A DNA stretch of 64,000 nucleotides, from positions 352,001 through 416,000 of the forward strand of contig CAWGMA010000004.1 in the NCBI GenBank assembly GCA_963823555.1, given 5' to 3'. The position numbers and the translations under genes are program-made. The notes under the pieces were generated by a model. That model was not told the origin of the DNA. It ran no database searches and saw only the letters and a list, made by a program, of their open reading frames with translations. The DNA comes from Candidatus Eiseniibacteriota bacterium (GTDB lineage Bacteria > Eisenbacteria > RBG-16-71-46 > CAVPCR01). Shown here one piece after another: positions 19,401 to 31,158 of this stretch. Within the stretch, counting starts at the first letter, position 1, and the number at the start of each line of letters is the position of its first letter.

Positions 19401-20606
19401 ATGCCGACGATGGTCCTCAGCGAGCTACACACGATCATCCTTGGTCTGCTCGCACTCATGCTCGGTCAGTTCGTCGCCGGGCGGGTGGCGGTCCTGCGCC
19501 GCCTCAACGTGCCGGTGCCGGTGGTCGGCGGTATCCTGGCTTCGCTTGCGCTCACCGCCTTTCGTGCCGCCACCGGGATCGAGGTGACCGTGGCGGGTGA
19601 GTTTCGCGACATCCTGCTTCTCGTCTTCTTCACCACCATCGGGCTCTCGGCCAAGCTCTCGTCGCTCAAGACCGGTGGCAAGCCGCTCCTCATCATCTGC
19701 GGCGTGACGTTGATCCTGCTCGTCTTGCAGAATGTCGTGGGCATCGCCATCGCCCTGGCGCGAGGCGCGCATCCCTTCTACGGTCTCCTGCTCGGCAGCA
19801 TCTCGTTCGTCGGGGGCCCAGGGACGGCGCTGGCCTGGGCCCGGGAGGGGCAGGCGATGGGACTCCGCTATGCCCCCGAGGTCGCCTTGGGTACGGCCAC
19901 GCTGGCCGTGGTCAGCGGCGCCGTCGTGGCCGGCCCCATCACCGGGTGGCTGATCGGCCGGCACCGCCTTCGGTCATCGGCCGCTCCCTCCGATATCGCC
20001 TGGGCCGGTGCGGCCAAGGAAGCGCCGGCGCCCGCCGCGTCCCTCGAGCAGATCATGCGCACCATGCTGCTCGTCGCCGTCGCGGTTGCCATCGGCGAGT
20101 GGCTCAACGAATGGGCCCAGCGGGCCCATTTCGTCCTGCCAGGTTTCCTCACGGCCATGCTGGGCGGCGTGCTCATCTCGAACGTGTCCGATCTTCTTGG
20201 CAGGCGTCTCGACTTCGGCCCCATCGAGCGCGGGGGCGAATGGGCGCTGCAGCTGTTCCTGGTCATCAGCTTGATGGGTCTCAAGCTGTGGACTCTCGCC
20301 ATTGCCGCCGGCCCGCTCCTGTTCAATGTGTTGGCGCAGATCGCCATCACCACGCTCGTGGCGGTGGGATTGCTCTTCCGCCTTCTCGGGAGGGATTACG
20401 ACGCGGCGGTCGCCAGCGGGGGGTTCCTCGGATTCGGCCTGAGCTCGATGCCGGTCGCGCTCGCGACGATGGATCAGGTCAGTCTCCGCTTCGGTCCCGC
20501 CCCCCGGGCGTTCCTGCTCATCACGCTCGCCGGATCGTTCTTCGTCGATCTCGCCAATGCGCTCGTGACCAAGGCTTTCCTGCTCTTGCCGATCTTCGCG
20601 CGGTAG
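19401..20606 (+). CDS. gltS: Sodium/glutamate symporter
   Basis: VPVPVVGG, LLVFFTTIGLSAK, GSISFVGGPGT, GRDYDAAV...GFGL, GSFFVDLANA. Confidence 0.85.
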   Translation: MPTMVLSELHTIILGLLALMLGQFVAGRVAVLRRLNVPVPVVGGILASLALTAFRAATGIEVTVAGEFRDILLLVFFTTIGLSAKLSSLKTGGKPLLIICGVTLILLVLQNVVGIAIALARGAHPFYGLLLGSISFVGGPGTALAWAREGQAMGLRYAPEVALGTATLAVVSGAVVAGPITGWLIGRHRLRSSAAPSDIAWAGAAKEAPAPAASLEQIMRTMLLVAVAVAIGEWLNEWAQRAHFVLPGFLTAMLGGVLISNVSDLLGRRLDFGPIERGGEWALQLFLVISLMGLKLWTLAIAAGPLLFNVLAQIAITTLVAVGLLFRLLGRDYDAAVASGGFLGFGLSSMPVALATMDQVSLRFGPAPRAFLLITLAGSFFVDLANALVTKAFLLLPIFAR

Positions 20607-20613
20607 CGCTTGT

Positions 20614-23600
20614 TCAACCGGCCTCGGATCGGAACCGACGGTGACGGAGGAAGGGGTCGAGCACGCCTTCGAGCACGCGGTCGAGGCGGCCGCTCCTGAG
20701 CCCGGAGTCGATGTCCCGGACCTCCGGCGAGGGACCGAGGATGTAGCGGCGGACCATGCGATCGGCGGCCGGCTCGATCTCGGCCGCGCGACCGGCGGCG
20801 ATGGCGGCGCGCACCGTGACCAGCTCGATGAGATGGCGTTCGAGGCGTTCGGGCGTGAGGGCGCTCGTGCCGGCAGCGAGCGTGAGCGTCGGACCGTGGG
20901 CCACCTCGACCCGGGCCACGGGCTCGGGCACCAGGAGTCCGTGGCGCTCTTCCGGCGGACGCCGGCGGCAGGTGATCTCACCCGGTGCCACATCGAAGTC
21001 GATCATCTCGGGGGTCGGGAGGACGATGGCACGGACGAGATCGGTGTGGGCGGGCCGATCCCCGACGCGCCTCTCGACGAAGGCGTGGAGGCCGGACTCG
21101 CCGTTCAGGAGCCCGTAGACGCAAGTGCCCTCGATGAGGAGCATGGCCGATCGCATCTCCTCGCCATCCATCTCCTCATCGAGGACATGGACGGTGAAGC
21201 GCCAGCGCTCGGCCCAGGCCATGAACATGCGCGCGAGCCGATGGGCCGAGTTCCCGTCGCCGGTCCCGAGCGCGGTCACCTTGATGAAGGCATCGCTCGC
21301 CTCGTGCGGAGCGCGGAGCCCGAGCGCCATCCCCGCCAGATCGGCTTCGAGGCGGATCTCGGCGTAACGCTCCGCGGCCTCATGACTGCGCTCGCCGTCC
21401 AGAGGCCTGGCCTCCAGATAGGCGCAGAGGTCGTGGGCTCGCTTCTGTGCCCGCCTGAGCATCGTCTCGATGCGATCGACTCGCTCGAGAGCCGCGAAGG
21501 TCCGGCGCGCCGTCCCCGGTCGGTCCCACAGCCCGGGCGCGCGCGCCGCTACCGAGAGCTCGGCCTTCTCTCCCGCCAGCTCCCGCTCGAAGATCGCCGC
21601 CGCCTGGTCGACCTCGGCCGCCATCTCCGTCGCCCGCGCCCTGAGCTCATCGGCGGTCAGGCGCTCGCGCGCTCCGAGCAGGCGGTCCGTGATCTCGACC
21701 GCACTTTCCTCGACCACGGGCCTCTCGAGATCACGCTCGGTGAAGAGCAGAACCTGCACTTCACCGCGTTCCAGCTTGAGGAAGGCCAGGGCTCCGGACG
21801 CTTCCTCGCCGCGGTCGACGATGGCCCGGGCCAGAGGAGTCAACACCTTCTGCTCGATGACGCGCTTGAGCGGGCGGGCGCCGTATTCCGGGGAGAATCC
21901 CTGCTCGATGAGGAAGCGGAGCACCTCGGGGTCGACCTCGACCATGAGGCCGCGCCGGAGGATCCCGTGGCGTTCGAGGTGGGCGGCGAGCTCCTTCTCG
22001 GCGATGCGCTGCATGACGCCGAGATCCAGCGGGGAGAAGGTGATGACGCGGTCGATCCGGTTCAGGAACTCGGGGCGGAAGAAGCGCTCGACTTCCCGCC
22101 TGGTGCCGGCATCGATGGGGGCGGGCGCGAATCCGGCGCGCGGCGCGCCGCCGGAGCCGAGGTTGGAGGTCATGATGATGAGCGTGCCATGGAAGTCCGC
22201 GCCCTGACCGCGCGCATCGGTCAAGTGGCCGGCATCGAAGACCTGGAGGAAGAGATCGAACACGTCAGGGTGCGCCTTCTCGAACTCGTCGAGCAGGACG
22301 ACCGCGAAGGGTGCGGCCCGCACCCGCGCGGCCAGGGTCACGGCGCCCTTGTCCGCCCACGGTCCCTGGCTCCCGATCAGTCGCTCCAGGCTCTGGGGCG
22401 ACTGGAACTCGCTCATGTCGAAGCGGAGGAGGCGTTCGTCGCTGCCGAAGAGCGCGGCGGCCAGGGCCCGCGCCAGCTCCGTCTTGCCGACCCCGGTCGG
22501 GCCGGCGAAGAGAAAGACGCCGAGCGGTCGTCCGGGATCGGTGAGACCGGCCTTGAACAGCGCAATGCGGTCGACGAGGACCTCGATGGCTTCATCCTGG
22601 CCGAGCACGCGCCGCCGGAGAGCTTGCCGGAGCTCCCGGCGGTCGAGATGCGCGCGGTCGTCGACGAGGACGGGGGGAATGCCGGTTCGCCGCGCCACCG
22701 TCTCGATGACCGCCGAACGATCGAGCTCGAGCGCCGCGCCCGGCGGCAGGCTGTCGACTTCCGCCGCGGCGCGCGCCGCCACTTCGCGGAGGAGCGATAA
22801 GCTGCGCCCGGGAGCGGACATTCCCGGGGCGAACATGCGGCCCGAGGAGAGGATCGTGGGCACGAATTCCGTATCCACCCGCACCTCACGGCCGACCCCC
22901 TGCGCAAGCTCCGCGGTCAGGTCGGCGAGCACGGACTCGACGATCGCTCGCTCGGCATCGGCGGCGGGGGCCTCGAGGCGAATCGGCTCGAAGAGGTCGA
23001 GGATGCGCGGATCGCGGCGCAACCCCCGCTCGAGCTCCTCGGGAGTGGACTCGGCGAGAATCGCGATGTCCCCCCGGGCGATGCGCGGTGCGAGCAGGCT
23101 TCCGAAGTGCTCGTCGGGCTGATCCCAGGCCCGTCCCGCGTCGAGCAGGTTGTTGGCATCGGGCAGGAGCCACAGCACGGGCTTCGGTCGAGAGATCTCG
23201 TCGACGAAGGCCAGGAGCCGCGTTTGCCACTGACCGATGGCGAACGTGCCGCGGAGGAGATCGCCGGTCGCCACCTCGACCACGACCGGCGGATCGGGAT
23301 CCCGCGCGACGAGGCGCGCCGCCAGGAGCAGGGCGGTCGTCTTTCCCGAGCCATGCGGGCCGATGACGAGAACGCTGCGTCGTCCGCCGCGCTCGAGGAC
23401 CTCGGCGATCAAGCGGGCCGTGTCCTCGACACCGTGCGCCGCGGGCAGGCGGTCGAGATCGAGAACCCGTCCGAACTCGGCGAGGAGGTCCGCTGCCGGG
23501 CTCGTGGCCACCCGGCGCGCCAGGACCGTCTTGAGCCGGGCGAGGCCCGGGTCTCGCTCCCGCACGCCGAGCGCGGTCACGAGCTCGCGCGCCCGGGCCA

Positions 23601-24225
23601 GGGGGATCGCGGTCACGATCTCCTCGATCTCGTGCTCCGCCGCGGTGGCGAGCGCTGGGCCGGCGCTCTCGTTGATCTCTCCGAGCATGAACTCGATGAG
23701 CATCGGATCGTCGGTGCGGGCGCGGGTGAGGATGCGCCCCAGCCGGACGCCGCCGGCTTTCGCGATCGGTCGGATCGAGATCATGTCGGTCCAGCTCGCC
23801 GCCCCATCGAATCGTTCCCCGAGGAGATCGAGGTCCGCCGGTTCGGCTCGGCGCGCCAGCGCGATCGTGGCCAGGGTCTTGAGCCCCCAGTCCTCGCCGG
23901 CGAAGGCCTCGGCGATCAGCGCGGTGGGCGCCTCGGCCACGAGCAAGTTCGCGAGGCGGACCATGATGGGCGCGGCCGCCAACTGCTGGTAGCTCTCTGC
24001 CTCGCCGTACACCTTGGCCAGTTCCTCGCGATCCCCGGCGCTGATGAGATCGGAGAGGGAGGCGGGAGCTGCGGGCACTGCGCTGGGCGGCGGCTCCGGT
24101 GGGCGGGGGAAAGGACGTCTGGGCTCCCTCGGCGTCGGCGGCGGCAGGGGCTCATCCCAGTCGATTGTGCCCCCGGTGAGCCGGTTCCACGCGGCGCTCA
24201 GGAGAGAGATCAATGCCCAGAACAT
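20614..24225 (-). CDS. ClpA/ClpB-type double AAA+ ATPase fused to a release-factor-2-like (PCRF) C-terminus
   Basis: Walker A GPHGSGKT and GPTGVGKTELA; RFDMSEF, VVLLDEFEKAH, FRPEFLNRID, YGARPLKR; then LWDRP, LARMFMAWAE, YGLLNGESGLH, VRRYILGP...VLEGVLDPFL. Start at 24225 or 24270. Confidence 0.85.
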   Translation of the reverse strand: MFWALISLLSAAWNRLTGGTIDWDEPLPPPTPREPRRPFPRPPEPPPSAVPAAPASLSDLISAGDREELAKVYGEAESYQQLAAAPIMVRLANLLVAEAPTALIAEAFAGEDWGLKTLATIALARRAEPADLDLLGERFDGAASWTDMISIRPIAKAGGVRLGRILTRARTDDPMLIEFMLGEINESAGPALATAAEHEIEEIVTAIPLARARELVTALGVRERDPGLARLKTVLARRVATSPAADLLAEFGRVLDLDRLPAAHGVEDTARLIAEVLERGGRRSVLVIGPHGSGKTTALLLAARLVARDPDPPVVVEVATGDLLRGTFAIGQWQTRLLAFVDEISRPKPVLWLLPDANNLLDAGRAWDQPDEHFGSLLAPRIARGDIAILAESTPEELERGLRRDPRILDLFEPIRLEAPAADAERAIVESVLADLTAELAQGVGREVRVDTEFVPTILSSGRMFAPGMSAPGRSLSLLREVAARAAAEVDSLPPGAALELDRSAVIETVARRTGIPPVLVDDRAHLDRRELRQALRRRVLGQDEAIEVLVDRIALFKAGLTDPGRPLGVFLFAGPTGVGKTELARALAAALFGSDERLLRFDMSEFQSPQSLERLIGSQGPWADKGAVTLAARVRAAPFAVVLLDEFEKAHPDVFDLFLQVFDAGHLTDARGQGADFHGTLIIMTSNLGSGGAPRAGFAPAPIDAGTRREVERFFRPEFLNRIDRVITFSPLDLGVMQRIAEKELAAHLERHGILRRGLMVEVDPEVLRFLIEQGFSPEYGARPLKRVIEQKVLTPLARAIVDRGEEASGALAFLKLERGEVQVLLFTERDLERPVVEESAVEITDRLLGARERLTADELRARATEMAAEVDQAAAIFERELAGEKAELSVAARAPGLWDRPGTARRTFAALERVDRIETMLRRAQKRAHDLCAYLEARPLDGERSHEAAERYAEIRLEADLAGMALGLRAPHEASDAFIKVTALGTGDGNSAHRLARMFMAWAERWRFTVHVLDEEMDGEEMRSAMLLIEGTCVYGLLNGESGLHAFVERRVGDRPAHTDLVRAIVLPTPEMIDFDVAPGEITCRRRPPEERHGLLVPEPVARVEVAHGPTLTLAAGTSALTPERLERHLIELVTVRAAIAAGRAAEIEPAADRMVRRYILGPSPEVRDIDSGLRSGRLDRVLEGVLDPFLRHRRFRSEAG

Positions 24226-24330
24226 CGGCGGCCCTCGCGCGCTCCATCGAATGACCAGGGCAAGACACACTCGACTCTATGCCGCCGCCCGGCAAAAGAC
24301 AAGAAGATGAGATTCAAGGAGGTCGGGCTG

Positions 24331-25695
24331 TCAACGCAGGTACGGCAAGAAGAGACTGGCCAGGCTCAAGAGAATGAAGAAGCCGCTCATGTCGGTGATC
24401 GTGGTCAGGATCGGTCCCGAGGCCAGGGCGGGGTCCTTGCCCAGCCGGCGCAAGAGGAGCGGGACCGTGCCGCCGATCGAGACCGCGATCATGGTGTTGA
24501 CCGCCATGGACACGCCGACCAGGACCCCGAGGAGAGGGTTGCCCTTCCAGGCCAGGGCCACGATTCCCAGGAGGATGCCGAGGACGATGCCGTTGATCAC
24601 GCCCACCGAGATCTCCCGCCACCAGACGTGGGCCACTTCCCGCGGACCGACGAGGCCCAGCGAGAGCTCGCGCATGCTCACGGCGACCGCCTGGTTGCCC
24701 GAACAACCGCTCATATCGGAGATGATCGGGAGGAAGACCGCGAGCGCGATGACCGCGGACAGCGTGTCCTGGTGCATGGCGATCACGCTCGCTGCCAGCA
24801 CGTTGAGGAGGATATTGACGCTCAGCCAGGAGAGCCGGCGGCCCGAGCGGACGTGAACCGGCATGCTGCGCAGCTCCTCGCCGCCGACGATACCCTGGGA
24901 TTTGCGGTAGTCGCTGTCGCTGCGATCGGCGAGAGCTTCCTCGAGATCCGCCCGCTGCACGACTCCCAGCAGGTGGCCTTGCGGATCGACGACCGGGACG
25001 CCGACGAAGGGATGGCTGTCGAAGAAGTCGCGCACCTCGTCGAGGGTCGCATCGACCGCGACGGTGAGCGGCTGGTCGATCATCAGCGCCCGGAGCGGAC
25101 TCTCCTTCGGGGCGAGCAGCAGGTCCCGCATCTTGAGCACGCCGACCAGGCGGCCGTCCGCCGCCGTCACGTAGGCGTACTGAACGTCATAATCGCGATA
25201 TTCATCAGCCCGCTCCCGCAGATCGTGGATGACATGGGAAGCGGTGGCTGTCTCCGCGTAGCTCAGGTACTCGGTGACCATGAGCCCGCCGGCGGTGTCA
25301 TCGGGGTAGCGGGCGAGTAGGCTGGCTTCCCGCGCTTCCTCGGGATCCATGGCCGAGAGGATCGCCTGCGCCTCGCTTGCGCCGAGATCGCCGAGCAGGT
25401 CGGCCCGCTCGTCGCTTGGCAGCTCCTCGATGATGGCCGCTGCATGCTCGGGGCCGACGCGTTCGAGGATCTCGACGGCCTCGGACTCCGGCATCTGCTC
25501 GACCAGATCGGCGGCATCGGTGGGATCGATGGTCGTGAGCAGGCGTTGCTGCTGCTCCCGGTCGAGACGCAGGACGGCTCGCACCGCTTCGTGGACCGGC
25601 AACGAATCCAGGAACGCGGCCGCGGACCTTTCGCCCTCTTCGTGCAACAGGTGCTCGAGCTCGTCCCATGGGCGCTGATCGTGGACATCCGCCAT
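24331..25695 (-). CDS. mgtE: Magnesium transporter MgtE
   Basis: YPDDTAGGLM, two CBS domains, RRLSWL, DMSGCSGNQA, DPALASGPILTTITD. Confidence 0.95.
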   Translation of the reverse strand: MADVHDQRPWDELEHLLHEEGERSAAAFLDSLPVHEAVRAVLRLDREQQQRLLTTIDPTDAADLVEQMPESEAVEILERVGPEHAAAIIEELPSDERADLLGDLGASEAQAILSAMDPEEAREASLLARYPDDTAGGLMVTEYLSYAETATASHVIHDLRERADEYRDYDVQYAYVTAADGRLVGVLKMRDLLLAPKESPLRALMIDQPLTVAVDATLDEVRDFFDSHPFVGVPVVDPQGHLLGVVQRADLEEALADRSDSDYRKSQGIVGGEELRSMPVHVRSGRRLSWLSVNILLNVLAASVIAMHQDTLSAVIALAVFLPIISDMSGCSGNQAVAVSMRELSLGLVGPREVAHVWWREISVGVINGIVLGILLGIVALAWKGNPLLGVLVGVSMAVNTMIAVSIGGTVPLLLRRLGKDPALASGPILTTITDMSGFFILLSLASLFLPYLR

Positions 25696-25806
25696 GCCTG
25701 GCCTCCTCGGTTGACACAAAGCGTCAAGACGGCACGATCCTAGCAGGAGGCGCCAGCGGCAGGGCTGATGGTTGGCGGAAAGAAGGGACGGCGGAGGTAG
25801 GAAGGA

Positions 25807-26382
25807 TCAGCGGACGGGCCGGGCATCCTCCGTTCGCGCCATCTCGGCCCCCATCTCGAGGCCGAGCGCGAACGCCTTTAGATTCAACTCCTCGGTGCCC
25901 TTGGGCACGCGATCACGGATCGCCTGCCGCACAGCATCCTCGCTCACCAGGTGCGCCGCGCGCGCAATCACGCCGAGCGCGACGATGTTGCCGACGATGG
26001 CTCGCCCGAGCTTCTCCTTTGCGCTCGAGATGATCGGCAGGCTCCATACCCGTTCGTGCGCGGGCGGCAGGTTGGTCACGGCCGCCGAGTCGACGAGCAG
26101 GATCCCGCCGGGCTTCAGATCCCGCGCGTAGCGGTTGCACGCTTCCTGGGTCAGGGCGAGGAGGAGATCGATCGCGGTGGCTTTGGGGAAATCGATCTCC
26201 TGATCTGAGAGGATGACCTCCGAGCGGCTGGCGCCGCCACGGGCCTCGGGCCCGTAGGACTGGCTCTGCGTGGCGTTGATCCCGTCGTAGATCGCGGCGG
26301 CTTCGGCCAGGATCTTGCCGGCGAGAACCAGGCCCTGGCCACCCTCACCGCTCAGCCGAATCTCGTAGCGAAATCCCATCAT
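25807..26382 (-). CDS. korC: 2-oxoacid:ferredoxin oxidoreductase gamma subunit
   Basis: EIRLSGEGGQG, QSQSYGPEARGGASRSEV, NIVALG; ATGA overlap with the beta-subunit stop. Confidence 0.92.
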   Translation of the reverse strand: MMGFRYEIRLSGEGGQGLVLAGKILAEAAAIYDGINATQSQSYGPEARGGASRSEVILSDQEIDFPKATAIDLLLALTQEACNRYARDLKPGGILLVDSAAVTNLPPAHERVWSLPIISSAKEKLGRAIVGNIVALGVIARAAHLVSEDAVRQAIRDRVPKGTEELNLKAFALGLEMGAEMARTEDARPVR

Positions 26383-27311
26383 CGTTCCCAGGCCAGGGCC
26401 CCGTACAGGCTCTGGCTCGACTCGCTGCCCACTCCGGCGATGGCGGTGCCGACATCCCGTGCCGGGAGTTCCGGCATCGCCTTGCCGTCGTTCTTCAAGC
26501 GCTCGACGATCTGCTCGTAGAGCTCCGTGTACTCGGGCTTTTCGATATCGGCGAGGATCCCGGTGATGAACTTCCCGGCCAGCTCCTCGGACTTCATGGT
26601 CTTCGCCCGCTGGATGTCGATCGAACGGTCCTTGATCCACATCATCTGGTCGATCGGCTGGCCCATCTTGTTCTGCCGGCCAAAGGCAGTCGGGCAGGGG
26701 GAGATGGCCTCGATCAGGGAGAAGCCCTTCTTCTGGATCCCCTTCTCGATCATCTGGCGAGAGCTTGACCGGGTTGGTGACCGTGCCGCGGGCGACGAAC
26801 GAGGCGCCGGCGGCGATCGCCAGTCCCGAGATGTCGAACGACGGCTCGAGGTTGCCGTAGGGCGCGGTGGTGGCCGGCTCGCCGAGCGGTGTCGTCGGCG
26901 ACACCTGGCCGCCGGTCATGCCGTAGATCCAGTTGTTGAACAGGATGACCGTCAGGTCGATGTTGCGGCGGGCGGCGTGGATGAAGTGGTTGCCGCCGAT
27001 CGCCGTGGCGTCGCCGTCGCCGGTGACCACGATCACCGTCAGGTCCGGGCTGCGCCATCTTGACGCCGGTGGCGAAGGCGATCGCCCGGCCGTGGGTGGT
27101 GTGCAGCGTGTTGAAGTCGACGTAGCCCGGGGCGCGGCTCGAGCAGCCGATGCCCGATACCATCGCCACCTCGTCCTTCGGTCGAGCCCAGATCGCTCGA
27201 TGGCGCCGCAGCATCGCCTTGAGCACGATGCCGTGACCGCAGCCCGGGCACCAGATGAGCGGGAACTGCTCGAGTCTGCAGGTACTGGTCGTAGTCGATC
27301 ATCTCCGGCAT
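26379..27311 (-). CDS. korB: 2-oxoacid:ferredoxin oxidoreductase beta subunit (frameshifted in this assembly)
   Basis: WCPGCG, SGIGCSSR, HTTHGRA, TPP motif GDGDA...NN, YGMTGGQ.SPTT, SPCPT spread over four ORF fragments. Confidence 0.88.
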
Positions 27312-27326
27312 GGCAGCTTCACCTCG

Positions 27327-28524
27327 CTAGCGAGCCGCGATCTCGCGGATCTGGTCCAGCACCTGTGCGGGCGGATCGGCTCGCCGTCGACCCGGGTCAG
27401 GCGATTGCACCTCGGGCCTGGCGCCCCACCGCCCACTCCACCTCGTGGGCCATCTGCCCGAGGTTCATCTCCGGCACGAGGATGTGGTCGACCCGCTCGC
27501 CCATCCGCGCGCACCTGCGACCTCAGGGAAGGGCCAGAGGGTGAGCGGGGCGCAGGAAGTCGACCGGGATCCCCTCCTCGCGGGCCATGCGCACCGCCTG
27601 CAGGGCCGAACGCGCGCGTCGAGCCGTAGGCGAAGACGCCGATCTTGGCGCCCGGGCACGAGCTGCTCGTCGACCTCGATGATCTCCTCGCGTAGCGCTC
27701 GATCTTGCGGTCGAGCCGGCGCAGGAGGCCGTCGATCTCCGCCGGATCGTTGGTCGGGAAGCCGGTCTCGTCGTGGACGAGCCCGGTGACGTGGAAGCGG
27801 TAGCCGCGTGCCGAAGGTGGCCATCGGCGGGCATGTCGGTCGTCGGTGTGCGCGTAGGGCAGGTAGCTCTCCGGCGGCACCTCGGGCTGGGCCCGCTCGA
27901 GAACCGTCACGCGCTCGGGCAGGACCACCTTCTCGTTCACGTGCCCGACGATCTCGTCGAGCAGCAGGATGACCGGCGTCCGGTAGATCTCGGTCAGGTT
28001 GAAGGCGCGCACCGTCAGGTCGAAGGTCTCGCGCACGCCCCGCGGGCAGAGCGCGATGATCGGATGGTCGCCGTGCGTCCCCCAGCGCGCCTGCATCACG
28101 TCGCCCTGTGCCGGGCAGGGTCGGCAGTCCGGTGCTCGGGACCGCCGCGCTGGACGTTGACGATGACGCAGGGGACCTCGGCCATGCAGGCGTAGCCGAT
28201 GTTCTCCTGCTTGAGCGAGAAGCCCGGACCGCTGGTGGCGGTCATGGCCTTGGCGCCGGCGAGCGACGCCCCGATGACCGCGCCCATGGCGCCGATCTCG
28301 TCCTCCATCTGGATGAAGCTGCCGCCGACGCGGGGCAGGGCTCCGGAGAGCATCTCGGCGATCTCGGAAGAGGGTGTGATGGGATAGCCGGCGAAGAAGC
28401 GGAGGCCGGCGGCAAGCGCCGCCTCGGCGCAGGCCTCGTTGCCGGTCATCACGCGAACCCGGCCCTGTGCGCGTTCGGATTTGGCCTTCGGGTTTGACTC
28501 TGCGTTCACCTCGGTCAGCGCCAT
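27327..28524 (-). CDS. korA: 2-oxoacid:ferredoxin oxidoreductase alpha subunit (frameshifted in this assembly)
   Basis: GNEACA, AGYPITPSSE, QMEDEI, TATSGPGFSL, WGTHGDH, FHVTGL.HDETG; TAG at 27327-27329 followed by the korB RBS. Confidence 0.88.
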
Positions 28525-28581
28525 GGGTGCGCTCCTCTCATGATCGTGCCTCTGGTCGTTTGCAAGCGAACGGCGCTCTTG

Positions 28582-28770
28582 TCATTCCACCTTGATGGCG
28601 AAGTCGGGGCACACGTACACGCAGAGGAGGCAACGGGTGCACTCTTCCGGGTTGGTGGCGACGGGGAGCGGCCCCGCCATGGTGAGGACGTGCTTCGGGC
28701 AGAAGGCGACGCAATAGGTGCATCCCTTGCACCAGCCGTCACGGATGGTGATCTGCGGGACTTTTTCCAT
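28582..28770 (-). CDS. korD: 2x[4Fe-4S] ferredoxin, delta subunit
   Basis: CKGCTYCVAFCP and CTRCLLCVYVCPDFAI; an alternative GTG start lies at 28809. Confidence 0.88.
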   Translation of the reverse strand: MEKVPQITIRDGWCKGCTYCVAFCPKHVLTMAGPLPVATNPEECTRCLLCVYVCPDFAIKVE

Positions 28771-29293
28771 GGTTTCGGTGGATTGGGTTCGGGTCTTGGG
28801 ATGGTTCACGGCGCGATCGGCGGTTCCTCTTACTCCTCGGCGGACCGGTCGATCCGGCCCGGCCCGGTTCCGCAGACCGCCTGCGGGGGGATCCCCGGCT
28901 CTGAGTAGCAAGGAGGTCGCCAAATCGCCAAGCTCCCTTTCCACCCGGGACCGCAGGTGGATCGCCGCGGGATACCTCATCCCGTTCGTTGCTGAAGCCA
29001 TATCCTATTGTCCTTGAATGACTTATATGTATCGGTCGAGATGCGGTGCGGCGGAGAGAGGAATCTCGGGAGGACAAGGCCGTCCGCCGATGGGCCGCCG
29101 GGCCATCCACGCCGGATGAGTCCGCCAGAATGTCATCCTTTTCTTTCCTGTCCATGACGCCATGGCGGTGTCTGATCGATTATGGTCCGAATCGGGGTCG
29201 AGCGGCGCTAGGATAGGCGCGCCCGACTCTCTGAAGTCCCGGAGCCATGGGGAGAAGCCGGATCGCCGGCTTGCCCGGTTGGGATCGGACGAG

Positions 29294-29308
29294 TGGCCTA
29301 TCTCTTGC
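29294..29308 (+). promoter_or_regulatory. Candidate sigma54 -24/-12 promoter upstream of gdhA
   Basis: TGGC-CTATCTC-TTGC (GG-N10-GC) about 300 nt before the gdhA start. Confidence 0.35.
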
Positions 29309-29441
29309 CGAGGATCATGGCGATAGGGGGTCGGCCTGTCGGTCCATTGCCGGCAGACCTGGATCCCCAGCCGAACGGATCTGTCCACCTGATCTCGGCG
29401 CAGGAAGCGTGGCCCGATTCCGTCAGGCGGGAACCCTGTAA

Positions 29442-30974
<1,533 letters not shown>

Positions 30975-31158
30975 GACGCGCCAGCCGTTGCGCTGGGGCG
31001 GGGTTCGGCCCGCCTTCAAGATGCTCGTCGGCGGGGTCGCGAGCCGGTAGAATGCGGCGCGGGAGGGCAAACGCCCATCCCGCGCCGTTCGCTTTCCCTC
31101 TCCCCGCGGACGCTGGGGCAGGGAGCGCGACCACCCGGGGTCGACCCTTGAGTGTGCG

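Noticed and set aside
20614..21700. Call as a functional prfB or a programmed RF2 frameshift
   Set aside because: It is in frame with the Clp domains, lacks GGQ and SPF, and no CTT-TGA shift site was seen.
25730..25745. GGCACG-N4-TAGC sigma54-like site on the plus strand
   Set aside because: It points away from the local minus-strand genes; better read as an extended -10 (TGCTAGGAT) for mgtE.
25807..27036. Apparent KorB-KorC fusion ORF of 409 aa
   Set aside because: Produced by a frameshift near 26755; korC has its own ATG overlapping the korB stop.
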